Positions 40,066 through 49,164 of a DNA stretch of 64,000 nt are shown piece after piece. The notes beneath the pieces are model-generated. The model saw only the letters and a program-made list of their open reading frames with translations, searched no databases and had not been told where the DNA came from. Both the position numbers and the translations under genes were made by a program. Origin of the DNA: a virus (Duplodnaviria > Heunggongvirae > Uroviricota > Caudoviricetes); IMG/VR virus record IMGVR_UViG_3300044797_000163, positions 18,398 through 82,397 of that record. One strand, given 5' to 3'. Position 1 is the first letter of the stretch. Every line of letters begins with the position of its first letter.

Positions 40066-41153
40066 GCTTTCACCGTAGTTACTAAAAGTTTTCGGTTTCC
40101 TGCGGTAAAGAGGATGGGTTTCGTGCCTACATTACCAGTGACAATCACAGGGCCGGTTTTAATCAGTTCAAAGAACTCCGTTATGGCTTTGTGATCCACC
40201 GTAGCTTCGAAACCCACCTCTTCCCACTCAGTGTGGCTTTGGTTGTTGCACTCTACAGAGTCCTCAGCTTTCGCTTGACCGTCGTTCGCGTAAAGATGCA
40301 GAACGTTGTTACCGAACACCAGTCGCATCTTCTTCACGCCGGTATCTTCGGTAAGCAGAGTAGGGCTGACATTATCCAACCCTTGACACATGTTTTCAGC
40401 AGCTATCTCCACGATCAGTTTGACCGGGGAAGGGAATAGACTTTCATACAACGGGAATGGTTTGACCAACTTTCTGGCTATGATAGTCGTAGAGGGAGTT
40501 GTGAAAAAAAGAAGGGTGGGAGTCTCCGCGATATTAACAACATCGCCGTCAAGACTCCCTAGTGCTTGCACTAACGCCACCGGACACAGCATGGAGAACT
40601 CCTGCTTATTCCAGGGATACTCTGGTGCTGTACATGTGGCCTCACCCATCGCCAAACGTCTATGATCTGTAGCAACCGCCCTTAATGTGCCGTTTACGGC
40701 TCTGAGCTGAACAGAGCCGGTAAAATTATGCCGCTCCTTAGGATCTGAGGCAGTCGCGGCAAAGGATAAAACCTCACCCAGGGTTATGAGTGGTAGGTGG
40801 TACTGCGGTGAGGGTACTTCAGCTAATGAATTGCGTCGGGGATAACCAATCGGCAGTTCGAAGGTTGCTCGTTTGGCTTTCACCACCACACGATTGCCGA
40901 CGATTGCTATGTTTACATCTCCGGAAGTCTTCGTTGCCAGGGAAGAGAACTGCTTGCTATTTACCGACACCGCGCCATCCAACTCTTCGGCGTCGGCGGC
41001 TTTCAATAGTGGGTCGGTAACAATGATGGTGATATTTGAATCGACGGCGTAAATAACACCATGTACCGCGTCTAGTACGATGGACTCAGACGACACTGGC
41101 GATAGTCTCTTAACTAGGCGCTTAAATTGCACGGACGACAGAGAAAGGTTCAT
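40062..41153 (-). CDS. dnaN: DNA polymerase sliding clamp, beta-clamp-like
   Basis: 363 aa. Pattern KAKRATFELPIGYP...FP..L resembles the DnaN R..F.L...P..FP block. A clamp loader is encoded nearby. Confidence 0.5.
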   Translation of the reverse strand: MNLSLSSVQFKRLVKRLSPVSSESIVLDAVHGVIYAVDSNITIIVTDPLLKAADAEELDGAVSVNSKQFSSLATKTSGDVNIAIVGNRVVVKAKRATFELPIGYPRRNSLAEVPSPQYHLPLITLGEVLSFAATASDPKERHNFTGSVQLRAVNGTLRAVATDHRRLAMGEATCTAPEYPWNKQEFSMLCPVALVQALGSLDGDVVNIAETPTLLFFTTPSTTIIARKLVKPFPLYESLFPSPVKLIVEIAAENMCQGLDNVSPTLLTEDTGVKKMRLVFGNNVLHLYANDGQAKAEDSVECNNQSHTEWEEVGFEATVDHKAITEFFELIKTGPVIVTGNVGTKPILFTAGNRKLLVTTVKA

Positions 41154-41476
41154 TTTGAACCGCTTTTAAGTAGCGAAGCTATTTTGAAACGTAACCAGCT
41201 ATTAACTTTTGTCCAGCGCTCCCGTGGTGATGCGGTCGGCGGTATCGAATCGTTCACGGCGGCGACTTCGTCCACTAAAGAAGCGTGCAAGAGCACATTT
41301 GGATTGTCGGTCCAGAAAGCTCCAATCGCACAATGAAGGCCCTTGCCGTTATGCAATCGCCCATGTATCAGAGAGCGCCTCTTCGCTACCGACTGCCGGA
41401 TTAAGAACAGTGCCGTATCGTCGGGTATTGCGTTGCCATTGAGAACATCTCTGCTTTCTGGTCTTAACTTGCTCAT
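41150..41476 (-). CDS. Hypothetical protein
   Basis: 108 aa. Confidence 0.35.
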   Translation of the reverse strand: MSKLRPESRDVLNGNAIPDDTALFLIRQSVAKRRSLIHGRLHNGKGLHCAIGAFWTDNPNVLLHASLVDEVAAVNDSIPPTASPRERWTKVNSWLRFKIASLLKSGSK

Positions 41477-41501
41477 ACTTGTTCACTTCCTTTGGTAGGA
41501 G

Positions 41502-42011
41502 TTACCAGCAACTTTCATACCAGCCGAGACCGCCGCGAACATGGACTTGGATTGAGTAGGCTTCCGTGGAAAACAGCACCCACGAAGGCATTTTTACTTT
41601 GGTGGCGATGTATCCGAAAAGAGTGACGGCAGTGAATTCAGGTATAGCCGTACGGTAGAGATCCCAACGTGATGGGAGGGGACCGGCCTCCGTGTTGCCT
41701 TCGACGCAATAGCGGTGAAGTTTGTGATCTTGATGGGCTTCTCCTTCTTTCGACATCTCCTGATCGAATATGATTGCGGAGAGATCGGCAAGGACGTAGG
41801 TACGGTAAGCCCAGTTATGAAACACGTCGTGGTTGGGAACATTCGGATAAGTCCAGGGGCGCCAGAAACCTGGTCGCACAGCGGGTGCTGGAGGTTGGAC
41901 CGTACCGGGGTTATCTGGAAGGACTTGAGAGAAAAGACATCCAACTAGAGCCAGGAAGCACAAAATTAGTTTCACTATTGGTATTATACTAAAACATGCA
42001 GGGGATGTCAA
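41502..42011 (-). CDS. Lipoprotein, start codon uncertain
   Basis: An internal GTG at 41975 gives MKLILCFLALVGC, a classic lipobox. The ATG at 42011 overlaps the -35 element of a perfect promoter. Confidence 0.45.
   Translation of the reverse strand: MTSPACFSIIPIVKLILCFLALVGCLFSQVLPDNPGTVQPPAPAVRPGFWRPWTYPNVPNHDVFHNWAYRTYVLADLSAIIFDQEMSKEGEAHQDHKLHRYCVEGNTEAGPLPSRWDLYRTAIPEFTAVTLFGYIATKVKMPSWVLFSTEAYSIQVHVRGGLGWYESCW
41983..42011 (-). promoter_or_regulatory. Sigma70 perfect-consensus promoter
   Basis: Minus strand reads TTGACA-tcccctgcatgttttag(17)-TATAAT. Confidence 0.6.
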
Positions 42012-43900
42012 CCACTAAATACGTTGTCGGTCGCGATGTCTGGAACCTCTTCGGCAAAAGCGCAGCGCTCTCCGTGGAACTGAAGAAGTGCGAACGTCGC
42101 GCCATCACCCTTGGCCCGTGCTCCGAGAAGATGGATCTCGGTTCGAGGTTCGTAGTCATCCATCGGTGGATTCTTGGGATCTTTGATGGTGATGTGGTTG
42201 CGGTGAATCGCGAACACCGCATCGGAGTCACTGACGCCGGTCTCGCTGCCTTTCCAGTCTGTGATATGCACGACCTTCCCTTTGTTTGATTGCTGCGCCT
42301 TACGGGGCTGGCCCACGACGATAAATTTGACCTGGTATTGCTGTGCCATGCGCTTGATGCGTTGCATCGCATTGGCCTCCGTTTCCGTTTGGCGATCATC
42401 ATTACGGCAGATGAAATGAATGTGATCGAGGATCACTATCGTGGCCCCGAGTCTGCGAATGCCAGCCTCGATGAGATCGAGAACTGGTGTGACGGTGCTT
42501 AGGGTCTCATCACGCCCGATGTAATATTTGACGTTGTGAGCGGCCAGTCGCGCTGAAGCTTCCTCGTAATCTTTGCGCTCCAAACCATTGCGGCTGCGTT
42601 TCAAAACATAAGCGGCCACCATATTTGCCATCTCATCGGTCGATAGCTCGCACTGGTAGTTGAGAATCGTTTCACCGCGCTTCATCGCTTCATCGATAGT
42701 GATGTTCACCACGAAGCACGTTTTACCCATCTTCGTGTTGGTGGCGAACACACTCATGACGGAGCCCGGCAACAAAATCGCCATTTTGTCGATGGACGGC
42801 CACGGCATACGCATACGCTTCGGATGATCGGTAAGGTTGGTCTGGCCGGATGTAAGCATCGCCTCCACAATTGAAGAAACATTGGCCATCGGCTTCGACA
42901 ATGCTTTGGTCGTGAGATCGTTGATAACTCCAACGAAGTCGAGTGGACTTCCTTTGTGCTCGGTCCATAACTGGTTTGCGTCTTTGACCCCGACCGGCCA
43001 CCGGAGTAAGTAAGTGCGCTCCTGCATCTCCTTCCACAGCTTCTCCATCTTCTCGGCACCTACGCTGTTGTCGTTGTCGCCCGCGAGAATGATCCGCCCA
43101 GCCTGCATGATCTGGTCTTTCATTTCGGCAGTGATCTCCGCGCCCGCCGAGGGAATCGAGATCGCATGGAAGCCAGCTTGCTCCAACGTCATCGCATCGA
43201 ACTCTCCCTCGGTGATGTAGAGATCTGAGAGCGCATCGATGGTGTTGGTATTGAACAGTGTGGTGGCCATGCCGAACTGCCGGGCAAAAGCTTTGCGGGC
43301 GATGGAGCGATATTTGATTGAAGTTACGATCCCGTTCTGGATAGAAGGGAAGGCGAGCCATCCTTTATCGATTACGTCCTGGATCTCATCAACCGTGGAA
43401 TCGATCTTCTGGCGAAAGCCGATATGGAGTTTCTTCGCGGTTTCATAACCTAGACCCCTTTCCCGCTGTAGCCAATCCTGCGCTAATTTGCTGGATGCCA
43501 GCGCTGTCTCCTGCGCGGTATATTGCGCGAGCGTGTAAGTTTTCAGCGTGGCTTTCGCCTTTGTAGTTAATATCGGCTTGAAAGTATCCTTTACATGATC
43601 CTTTTGACCCTCCCATGAAACCCCCAAAAACTTCTGTACGAAAGCCACAACGTCGGTGAAGGAACCGATGTGCTCTTTCTCTTTCACGTACTCGAAGATG
43701 TCTCCCCCACGCTGGCAACCGTGGCAGTACCACACCCACTCGCCGTCTTTCTGCGAGAGATGGAAGCTGGGAGTCTTCTCGTTATGAAAGGGGCAGTAAC
43801 CCATGAAGCCAGCACCTTCGCGCCGAAACGAGCCGTGCGAGGTGTAGAGCCGCAGCGTGGCTGGATTACGCCGCAGCGCCAACAAATCTGTTTTAGACAT
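42008..43900 (-). CDS. Bifunctional primase-helicase (DnaG-like zinc finger and TOPRIM domain, DnaB-like helicase)
   Basis: CHC2 zinc finger (YCPFHNEKTPSF...WYCHGCQRGGD). Acidic TOPRIM block. C-terminal Walker A (NTKMGKT). Confidence 0.8.
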   Translation of the reverse strand: MSKTDLLALRRNPATLRLYTSHGSFRREGAGFMGYCPFHNEKTPSFHLSQKDGEWVWYCHGCQRGGDIFEYVKEKEHIGSFTDVVAFVQKFLGVSWEGQKDHVKDTFKPILTTKAKATLKTYTLAQYTAQETALASSKLAQDWLQRERGLGYETAKKLHIGFRQKIDSTVDEIQDVIDKGWLAFPSIQNGIVTSIKYRSIARKAFARQFGMATTLFNTNTIDALSDLYITEGEFDAMTLEQAGFHAISIPSAGAEITAEMKDQIMQAGRIILAGDNDNSVGAEKMEKLWKEMQERTYLLRWPVGVKDANQLWTEHKGSPLDFVGVINDLTTKALSKPMANVSSIVEAMLTSGQTNLTDHPKRMRMPWPSIDKMAILLPGSVMSVFATNTKMGKTCFVVNITIDEAMKRGETILNYQCELSTDEMANMVAAYVLKRSRNGLERKDYEEASARLAAHNVKYYIGRDETLSTVTPVLDLIEAGIRRLGATIVILDHIHFICRNDDRQTETEANAMQRIKRMAQQYQVKFIVVGQPRKAQQSNKGKVVHITDWKGSETGVSDSDAVFAIHRNHITIKDPKNPPMDDYEPRTEIHLLGARAKGDGATFALLQFHGERCAFAEEVPDIATDNVFSG

Positions 43901-44984
43901 GGTTGAAGTCTTCCTCGATTACTCCGTCTTCCTGCTCCGCAATCAACCGCGCCGTTTCAACGCCCAGCTCCGCAGACTGTCGATCCATCTCTTGGCGTTG
44001 ACGCTCGCGCATGCTCTCCTGCTCGATCGCGAGCTGCTTGTTACGTCGCGCCAGTTCCACCAAATGTGTTCCTTTTTCGGAGAAGTCCCTAGCCGCGAAC
44101 TTCATTTGGAAACTGTCTTCGAGGTTAAGTTGATCGTAGAAAGCGCGGAACGCCGCGATGATCTCGGAAGCGGTGAAGTCATTCAGCCAGCGAGTGATGA
44201 TGAAAGCTTGCTTGGCGTTGGGGATTACCTTACCCTGGCTTATGAACGTGATCTCTCCGATGACCGCGCCAGCTTCCGGCGAAGCGGTGAGGACGGTCTC
44301 GTGCCGAAGAACCCCATCCGCGATCTTTAGGAACTCACTGAGTGGAAAGTAGCAAGGCTCTCCAACTCTGGTGACTGCCCAATCAGTGAAAGCGTCGAAG
44401 ACTTCGCTTTGCCCGTACACCCTTGCGAGTGCTGTGATTTCTGGCCAGGTACGATCTCCGAGACTGATTGCGGTTCCCAAAACTTCACGGGCCTTATCTG
44501 CGATCTTAGTTTTTAACTTCATGGCTTCTTGCTCCTCCAAACCAGAACCAATACAATCCAATACCAAACCAGAACCAAACCCTTCAGGACTAGTCCTGCT
44601 TTGTCCGGGACAGTCCGGGACTGAGGCATCTGGGTGATCCGGTGGTAAATTCTTGTATCTCGTTAGGTGTCCATCAGTTGGGAGTCTTCCCGGCTTATGA
44701 ATTCCGTTGAAATAACCCCATGTTTTTCCATCGACGTGATGAAGTGCGATCAGGTTTACACGTACAAACTCACTAAGTACGATGGAAACCTTCTTTGTTG
44801 TCATGTTTGGGATCAGGAAACCGTAAACTTTTGATCGAATCAGATCAGGATTCGCTTCGAATACTCCATTTGCTTCTGCCATCGGAAGCCAATTCGCATA
44901 ATGCATCCTGAGGCTGGGTGGCTGCACAGCCGCCAGCTTGGTGGAGGTCCACATGGCCTCTCCGTCTACGATCCGCTTTGGCAT
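43893..44984 (-). CDS. Hypothetical replication-associated protein
   Basis: 363 aa, between the metallophosphoesterase and the primase-helicase. Confidence 0.4.
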   Translation of the reverse strand: MPKRIVDGEAMWTSTKLAAVQPPSLRMHYANWLPMAEANGVFEANPDLIRSKVYGFLIPNMTTKKVSIVLSEFVRVNLIALHHVDGKTWGYFNGIHKPGRLPTDGHLTRYKNLPPDHPDASVPDCPGQSRTSPEGFGSGLVLDCIGSGLEEQEAMKLKTKIADKAREVLGTAISLGDRTWPEITALARVYGQSEVFDAFTDWAVTRVGEPCYFPLSEFLKIADGVLRHETVLTASPEAGAVIGEITFISQGKVIPNAKQAFIITRWLNDFTASEIIAAFRAFYDQLNLEDSFQMKFAARDFSEKGTHLVELARRNKQLAIEQESMRERQRQEMDRQSAELGVETARLIAEQEDGVIEEDFNHV

Positions 44985-45523
44985 GGAACCTCTCCTAATG
45001 GTTTGTGGTGGATCATTGCCTTATATTTGTCTGGGTGCGCGACAAACTTCTGGAAGTTAACTGGGTAGTAATTGGTGTATTCGATCGCCAGCAATCGGTG
45101 GAACGGTTTTGCTTTGTAATTCGGATGCACATCGTGAGTAAAGTTGTGGAGGTGACCGTGGATGTTGATGTCGCAGCCGCCTGGCAGACTATTAGACGGC
45201 TCGTGAGTTAGCCAGCAGTTCCGGTAGACCATACCCTGGCATGCCCATGCGAAGCCTTGGTCCATCCACCAATCAGGTCCGTGCTGCCGGTCGTGATTGC
45301 CCAACACCAAGGCAATACGGCCCGGTAAATCCGCCAAAATATCTTTGACGGATCTCCGGTTGCCGATCGCAACATCACCTAGATGAATTATCAGATCGCA
45401 CGGCTTCACCACCTCCTGCCAACGTTTAATGATTAGATCAGTGAAGTTATCAGGTCGCTGACAGTACGTTTTTATCCGGTCGTGGTTGAAGTGTGTATCC
45501 GACACCAGCCAGGTTATCTTCAT
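44966..45523 (-). CDS. Calcineurin-like metallophosphoesterase, second copy
   Basis: Motifs VSDTHFNHD, HLGDV, GNHDRQH and GHLHN. Confidence 0.75.
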   Translation of the reverse strand: MKITWLVSDTHFNHDRIKTYCQRPDNFTDLIIKRWQEVVKPCDLIIHLGDVAIGNRRSVKDILADLPGRIALVLGNHDRQHGPDWWMDQGFAWACQGMVYRNCWLTHEPSNSLPGGCDINIHGHLHNFTHDVHPNYKAKPFHRLLAIEYTNYYPVNFQKFVAHPDKYKAMIHHKPLGEVPCQSGS

Positions 45524-46665
45524 TCAGCTACTCCAAACTGCAGAAGGTCATCGGACGCAGGGGTGTATAGGCCTTGTGACAGGGGTATTCTGGCCTGCGT
45601 CCGAAGTTTGGTAAAATGCTTGAACAGTTCTAGACCGACATGTGTGGCGATCCTCCTGCCTTCAATTGTGTTCTTGAAAATGCGAAGCTTACCGGCGCCG
45701 ATGCCTTTGTAATGGTTATCAGAAAGAGAGGCGAGTCTCTTAAAACCAGCTCTATTTAATTCGAGCTTGGCCGCATGTTCAGCAAACACAGCCAAAGTTA
45801 ATATTATGGCGTCTGGTTTCCACTGCTTATTTCCAACCTTGCCAATCGTAGGAAAATAGTCTTTAGGGTCGATTGGGTCGTACTGTGGTGCAGGTTCTGC
45901 ACTGCATTTCTTTACTGGTATATCTTTTAGCGGGGGAAGGAGAGCCATAAGCCTGACCGAATTATTATCGGTGTAGCCTTCTCTATCCATCCCTTTCACG
46001 ATGTAATTTAGCGGACGCCGCTTATAAGCAGGCCGCTCCTTCGCAAGTAAAGGATGGTAGAACTGTTTACCTATACGGTAGGCACGTTCAATTGCATCTA
46101 CGTCCAGCAAATCCCCTTCAGCCCCCAATGGTTTTGGTCCCATTACATAACACCCTGGAAGCGTCTTAGTCGGAGCTTTCCACACCACAGGATAGTCAGC
46201 GGTTCTGCGGGTATAAAGTGCCCGTCGAACCCATAGCACAAGCCCCAAGCGGCGAGCTGCTTTGATAACCTTGGATCGTGTTTTTAAGGAGTAAAGCTCG
46301 AACGTTGATTCCATGTATAAATCCGTGAGCTGCTGTGAAGGCATCCACTGCATTAATTCAAATAATGTGCCGTCGAACAGTTCGCGATGTTGTACACAAT
46401 CTTTATCAACCCAGCGTACTGTTTGTCCCTTCACGCCGCTTACATCTGCAAAAAGACGAGGTTCAGGGGTATATAGGCCTTGTGACAGGGGTAATATGGC
46501 CTGAACTTCGCTTTCTACAGCTTCCGCAGGGGTATATAGGCCTTGTGACAGGGGTAATATGGCCTGAACTTCGCTTTCTACAGCTTCCGCAGGGGTATAT
46601 AGGCCTTGTGACAGGGGTAAACTGGCCTGCTGAGAAGTGGTCGAATTCATAATTGTTCTATCCAA
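45520..46665 (-). CDS. Putative replication initiator protein with iterons inside its own coding sequence
   Basis: N-terminal 21-aa unit (AILPLSQGLYTPAEAVESEVQ) present three times, encoded by a 63-bp DNA tandem repeat. Positioned in the replication module. Confidence 0.4.
   Translation of the reverse strand: MDRTIMNSTTSQQASLPLSQGLYTPAEAVESEVQAILPLSQGLYTPAEAVESEVQAILPLSQGLYTPEPRLFADVSGVKGQTVRWVDKDCVQHRELFDGTLFELMQWMPSQQLTDLYMESTFELYSLKTRSKVIKAARRLGLVLWVRRALYTRRTADYPVVWKAPTKTLPGCYVMGPKPLGAEGDLLDVDAIERAYRIGKQFYHPLLAKERPAYKRRPLNYIVKGMDREGYTDNNSVRLMALLPPLKDIPVKKCSAEPAPQYDPIDPKDYFPTIGKVGNKQWKPDAIILTLAVFAEHAAKLELNRAGFKRLASLSDNHYKGIGAGKLRIFKNTIEGRRIATHVGLELFKHFTKLRTQARIPLSQGLYTPASDDLLQFGVAE
46464..46627. 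repeat. Six 16-bp iteron-like repeats (consensus CAGGGGTAwwwTrGGCC), arranged as three pairs with a 63-bp period
   Basis: Exact copies at 46464, 46486, 46527, 46549 and 46590. A variant copy at 46612. Two further copies at 45558 and 45580. Confidence 0.85.
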
Positions 46666-47471
46666 TCTTTCTTAGGTTTTCGACGTAAGTGTTTTAGTCG
46701 GTCGTATATCTTAAAAGTTGCGAGGAACGTATCCATGTCTAACTCGTAGGTATCCGCAGGGTATACTTTGCTGTCAAAGCTTCCGTTGGTCTTATCCATA
46801 CGTAATGCGTACCTGTTTGATATCGCAGTTCGGTATTCCTCCTGATACATCCCAGCGTACGGGGCCGTCTGCAGTGCCACCTCTGGCCAGATCTGTTTGG
46901 TGGACTTGTAGTCCAAGACAGATAACTTACCGTCGATCCATCCGATGAAATCCGCCGTTCCAGTGATCTTGTGTAACCGTGAGTAGCTTGGTTTCTCGAT
47001 GAGGATCGGTTTAACTTCGTGTTCCTTTATCCATCCCATCACCGCAGTTATGCAGTTCTGCACCGGCCCCTCTTCGAGCGGCTGCGGGGGTGGTGCGAGA
47101 TCGAGCTTGGCTGTCCAATATTGAGCTAACCAATCATGAGCCCCGGTGCCGATTTCCGCTGCTTCATCCTTGACTCGGTTGTGTGCTTGGCGAGCGTTAC
47201 CGAGAACATCGAGAACCTCGTCAGAGGAGTAACATTCCTGCTGGAACAGATCCTGTAACCCGTCATACATGAAGTCACAGGCACACTTCACTCCCCACTC
47301 CACAAGCGCGGGCTTGTTGAGCACGTTGAGGATCGTAGTCACACTGGGGCACTGGAATGGTTTGTTACCGTTCTCAGAGATCGTGTAACGATGGCTTTGG
47401 GGATTGAAAGTGAGAGTGACCTCCCCACCATATAAGGAGGTCACCTCAGGAACATCGTTTTTAAGCTTCAC
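46647..47471 (-). CDS. PD-(D/E)XK nuclease, RecB/Cas4-like recombination exonuclease
   Basis: Motif block TADFIGWIDGKLSVLDYKSTKQ. Adjacent to the SSB and annealase genes. Confidence 0.5.
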   Translation of the reverse strand: MKLKNDVPEVTSLYGGEVTLTFNPQSHRYTISENGNKPFQCPSVTTILNVLNKPALVEWGVKCACDFMYDGLQDLFQQECYSSDEVLDVLGNARQAHNRVKDEAAEIGTGAHDWLAQYWTAKLDLAPPPQPLEEGPVQNCITAVMGWIKEHEVKPILIEKPSYSRLHKITGTADFIGWIDGKLSVLDYKSTKQIWPEVALQTAPYAGMYQEEYRTAISNRYALRMDKTNGSFDSKVYPADTYELDMDTFLATFKIYDRLKHLRRKPKKDWIEQL

Positions 47472-47897
47472 TTAGAAGGGAAGATCTTCGTCGGTGATTG
47501 GCGAACTGCTGGCTGGCGCCGGTTGAGGTGCTTCAGCTTTGGGAGCGCTGCTGACACCATCGTCCTTACGATCGAGCATGACCATATCGGCGCCCACGAC
47601 TTCTGTCATGTAACGCTTCTGGCCTGACTCCTTGTCCTCCCATGATCGGGTTTGGATGCGGCCTTCGAGATAGATCTTGCTGCCCTTCTTCAGATACTGG
47701 CTGCTGATCTCGGCCAGCTTTTCCCAGAGCACGATATTGTGCCACTCAGTGCGCTCCTGGTACTCGCCGTCCGATCCTTTGAATCGTTCGTTGGTGGCCA
47801 AAGAGAAGTTAGCAACTGACTTTCCGCTGTTGGTGGATTTAACCTCGGGATCTTTTCCGAGGTTGCCGATGAGGATTACTTTATTAACTGACTTCAT
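47472..47897 (-). CDS. ssb: Single-stranded DNA-binding protein
   Basis: OB-fold N-terminus ([16 protein letters not shown]). Acidic C-terminal tail DEDLPF. Confidence 0.85.
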   Translation of the reverse strand: MKSVNKVILIGNLGKDPEVKSTNSGKSVANFSLATNERFKGSDGEYQERTEWHNIVLWEKLAEISSQYLKKGSKIYLEGRIQTRSWEDKESGQKRYMTEVVGADMVMLDRKDDGVSSAPKAEAPQPAPASSSPITDEDLPF

Positions 47898-47910
47898 TGA
47901 TGTCTCCTAT

Positions 47911-48867
47911 TTATGCTGGTGTTCCGACTCCATTAACCAACGCTTGCATGGCCTCCGGTGTTTTGCAGGCATCGAGCTTCGCCAGCAGAGCAAGCCATTG
48001 GTTTCTGGTGGCCAGTTTGAGATCGGCACTGCCGAAGGTTTTGGCTACAAAGGCTCGCAGTGGTTCGCTACCGACAACGTTGCTGTATTTACGGAGAGCT
48101 TCTCCGAACTCCTTTCTTTCTTTAGCAGTGGCCTGGGCATCGCCCGCTTCGATTGAAGCCTCGGCCATCTCTGGTGAAATTTCTACTTCACCTAAATACA
48201 CTCGACCATCTAGTGCTCTATGCACTGCTGTATCCACGGATGCCTCCTTCTTTCTTGGAATCGCCTGGCTAACTTCCATCGCCTCATCGATCTCCTCGGA
48301 GAGATAGAGAGCCCCAACTTCCTCGGGGAAGGCTTTGCGCAGCGCAAGGGCTTCCGCGCACTTCTCCAGTTGTTCTGGCCCTCGGGTGGACCAGGTGGGG
48401 TTGAGTTTGTCGTTGCCGGTGTCCTTATCTTTATAGGTCTGTGCGTACGCGCTCCAGCGGGCTACCACGGTCACGGGCTGCGCCCAACCTTTCCGCAATA
48501 CGGACACCTGGGCGGCATACGGTTGCGCTTTGTCGAGCGGCACATTGGATTGGACGGTGGGCTTGCCATCGGTATCGAGATAAATCCAAACCGAAGGAAG
48601 CTGGCCAGCATACTTGTCGGTGCGTTCCGCGATCTTGCGCAGAAAGGCGATCGTGCTGCCGATGATGGCTTTTTTGCGATAGACCTTCTTCTTTTGAACG
48701 GGGTCATACTCCCCGACCGACCGGACCTGTAGAAAGATGTCGTGAACCGGTACGGCATTGCGGTTCCTGCATTCCACCATCCACAAGTCGAACTGCTCCT
48801 GGGTAGCGTCAGGCGCATGCTCTTTCTTCAGCGCTACCAGTTCTTTGGGGCTATAGCTGGGTTCCAT
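47911..48867 (-). CDS. RecT/Redβ-family single-strand annealing protein
   Basis: C-terminal EKCAEALALRKAFPEE resembles the Bet/RecT CAR.AF block. ATG at 48867 has GAGG 8 nt upstream. Confidence 0.5.
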   Translation of the reverse strand: MEPSYSPKELVALKKEHAPDATQEQFDLWMVECRNRNAVPVHDIFLQVRSVGEYDPVQKKKVYRKKAIIGSTIAFLRKIAERTDKYAGQLPSVWIYLDTDGKPTVQSNVPLDKAQPYAAQVSVLRKGWAQPVTVVARWSAYAQTYKDKDTGNDKLNPTWSTRGPEQLEKCAEALALRKAFPEEVGALYLSEEIDEAMEVSQAIPRKKEASVDTAVHRALDGRVYLGEVEISPEMAEASIEAGDAQATAKERKEFGEALRKYSNVVGSEPLRAFVAKTFGSADLKLATRNQWLALLAKLDACKTPEAMQALVNGVGTPA

Positions 48868-48884
48868 ATCCAACCTCAATAAGT

Positions 48885-48913
48885 ATTATACCAAGAACTT
48901 ATGAATATGTCAA
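48885..48913 (-). promoter_or_regulatory. Sigma70 perfect-consensus promoter for the recombination operon
   Basis: Minus strand reads TTGACA-tattcataagttcttgg(17)-TATAAT. Transcription start predicted about 11 nt before the ATG. Confidence 0.65.
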
Positions 48914-48915
48914 GC

Positions 48916-48944
48916 TTGACAACATAAGACAACGCTGGTATAAT
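48916..48944 (+). promoter_or_regulatory. Sigma70 perfect-consensus promoter, divergent from the preceding one
   Basis: TTGACA-acataagacaacgctgg(17)-TATAAT. AGGAGA lies 5 nt before the ATG at 48973. Confidence 0.65.
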
Positions 48945-48972
48945 ACTACTACACTCAAACTTAGGAGATTGA

Positions 48973-49155
48973 ATGAAGCATGCATGGGTGTACATAGGAC
49001 TCTTTGGATTGGTCTTGGCGACGGGCAAAGTGTTCAACACGGTTTTCTACCTGATGAACATGCAGAGCGACCTGGCCTATTACGCCGGGGCGATAGGCGC
49101 GGTGGTGTGGTTGTTAGTGGCTTTCGGTATTGGACGATGGCTGTTTCAAAACTAA
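48973..49155 (+). CDS. Small two-helix membrane protein
   Basis: 60 aa with two hydrophobic helices. First gene after the promoter. Confidence 0.45.
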   Translation: MKHAWVYIGLFGLVLATGKVFNTVFYLMNMQSDLAYYAGAIGAVVWLLVAFGIGRWLFQN

Positions 49156-49164
49156 AGGAGAACA

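Noticed and set aside
41983-42011. ATG at 42011 as the definitive start of the lipoprotein gene
   Set aside because: It coincides with the -35 hexamer of a perfect promoter, and the downstream GTG yields a textbook lipobox (MKLILCFLALVGC). Both starts remain possible, so the ORF coordinates are retained with lowered confidence.
46464-46627. 63-bp tandem repeats considered as a CRISPR array
   Set aside because: The sequence between repeats is itself conserved (there are no unique spacers), the repeats are in frame within a coding region, and no cas genes are present. Iterons or protein repeats explain them better.
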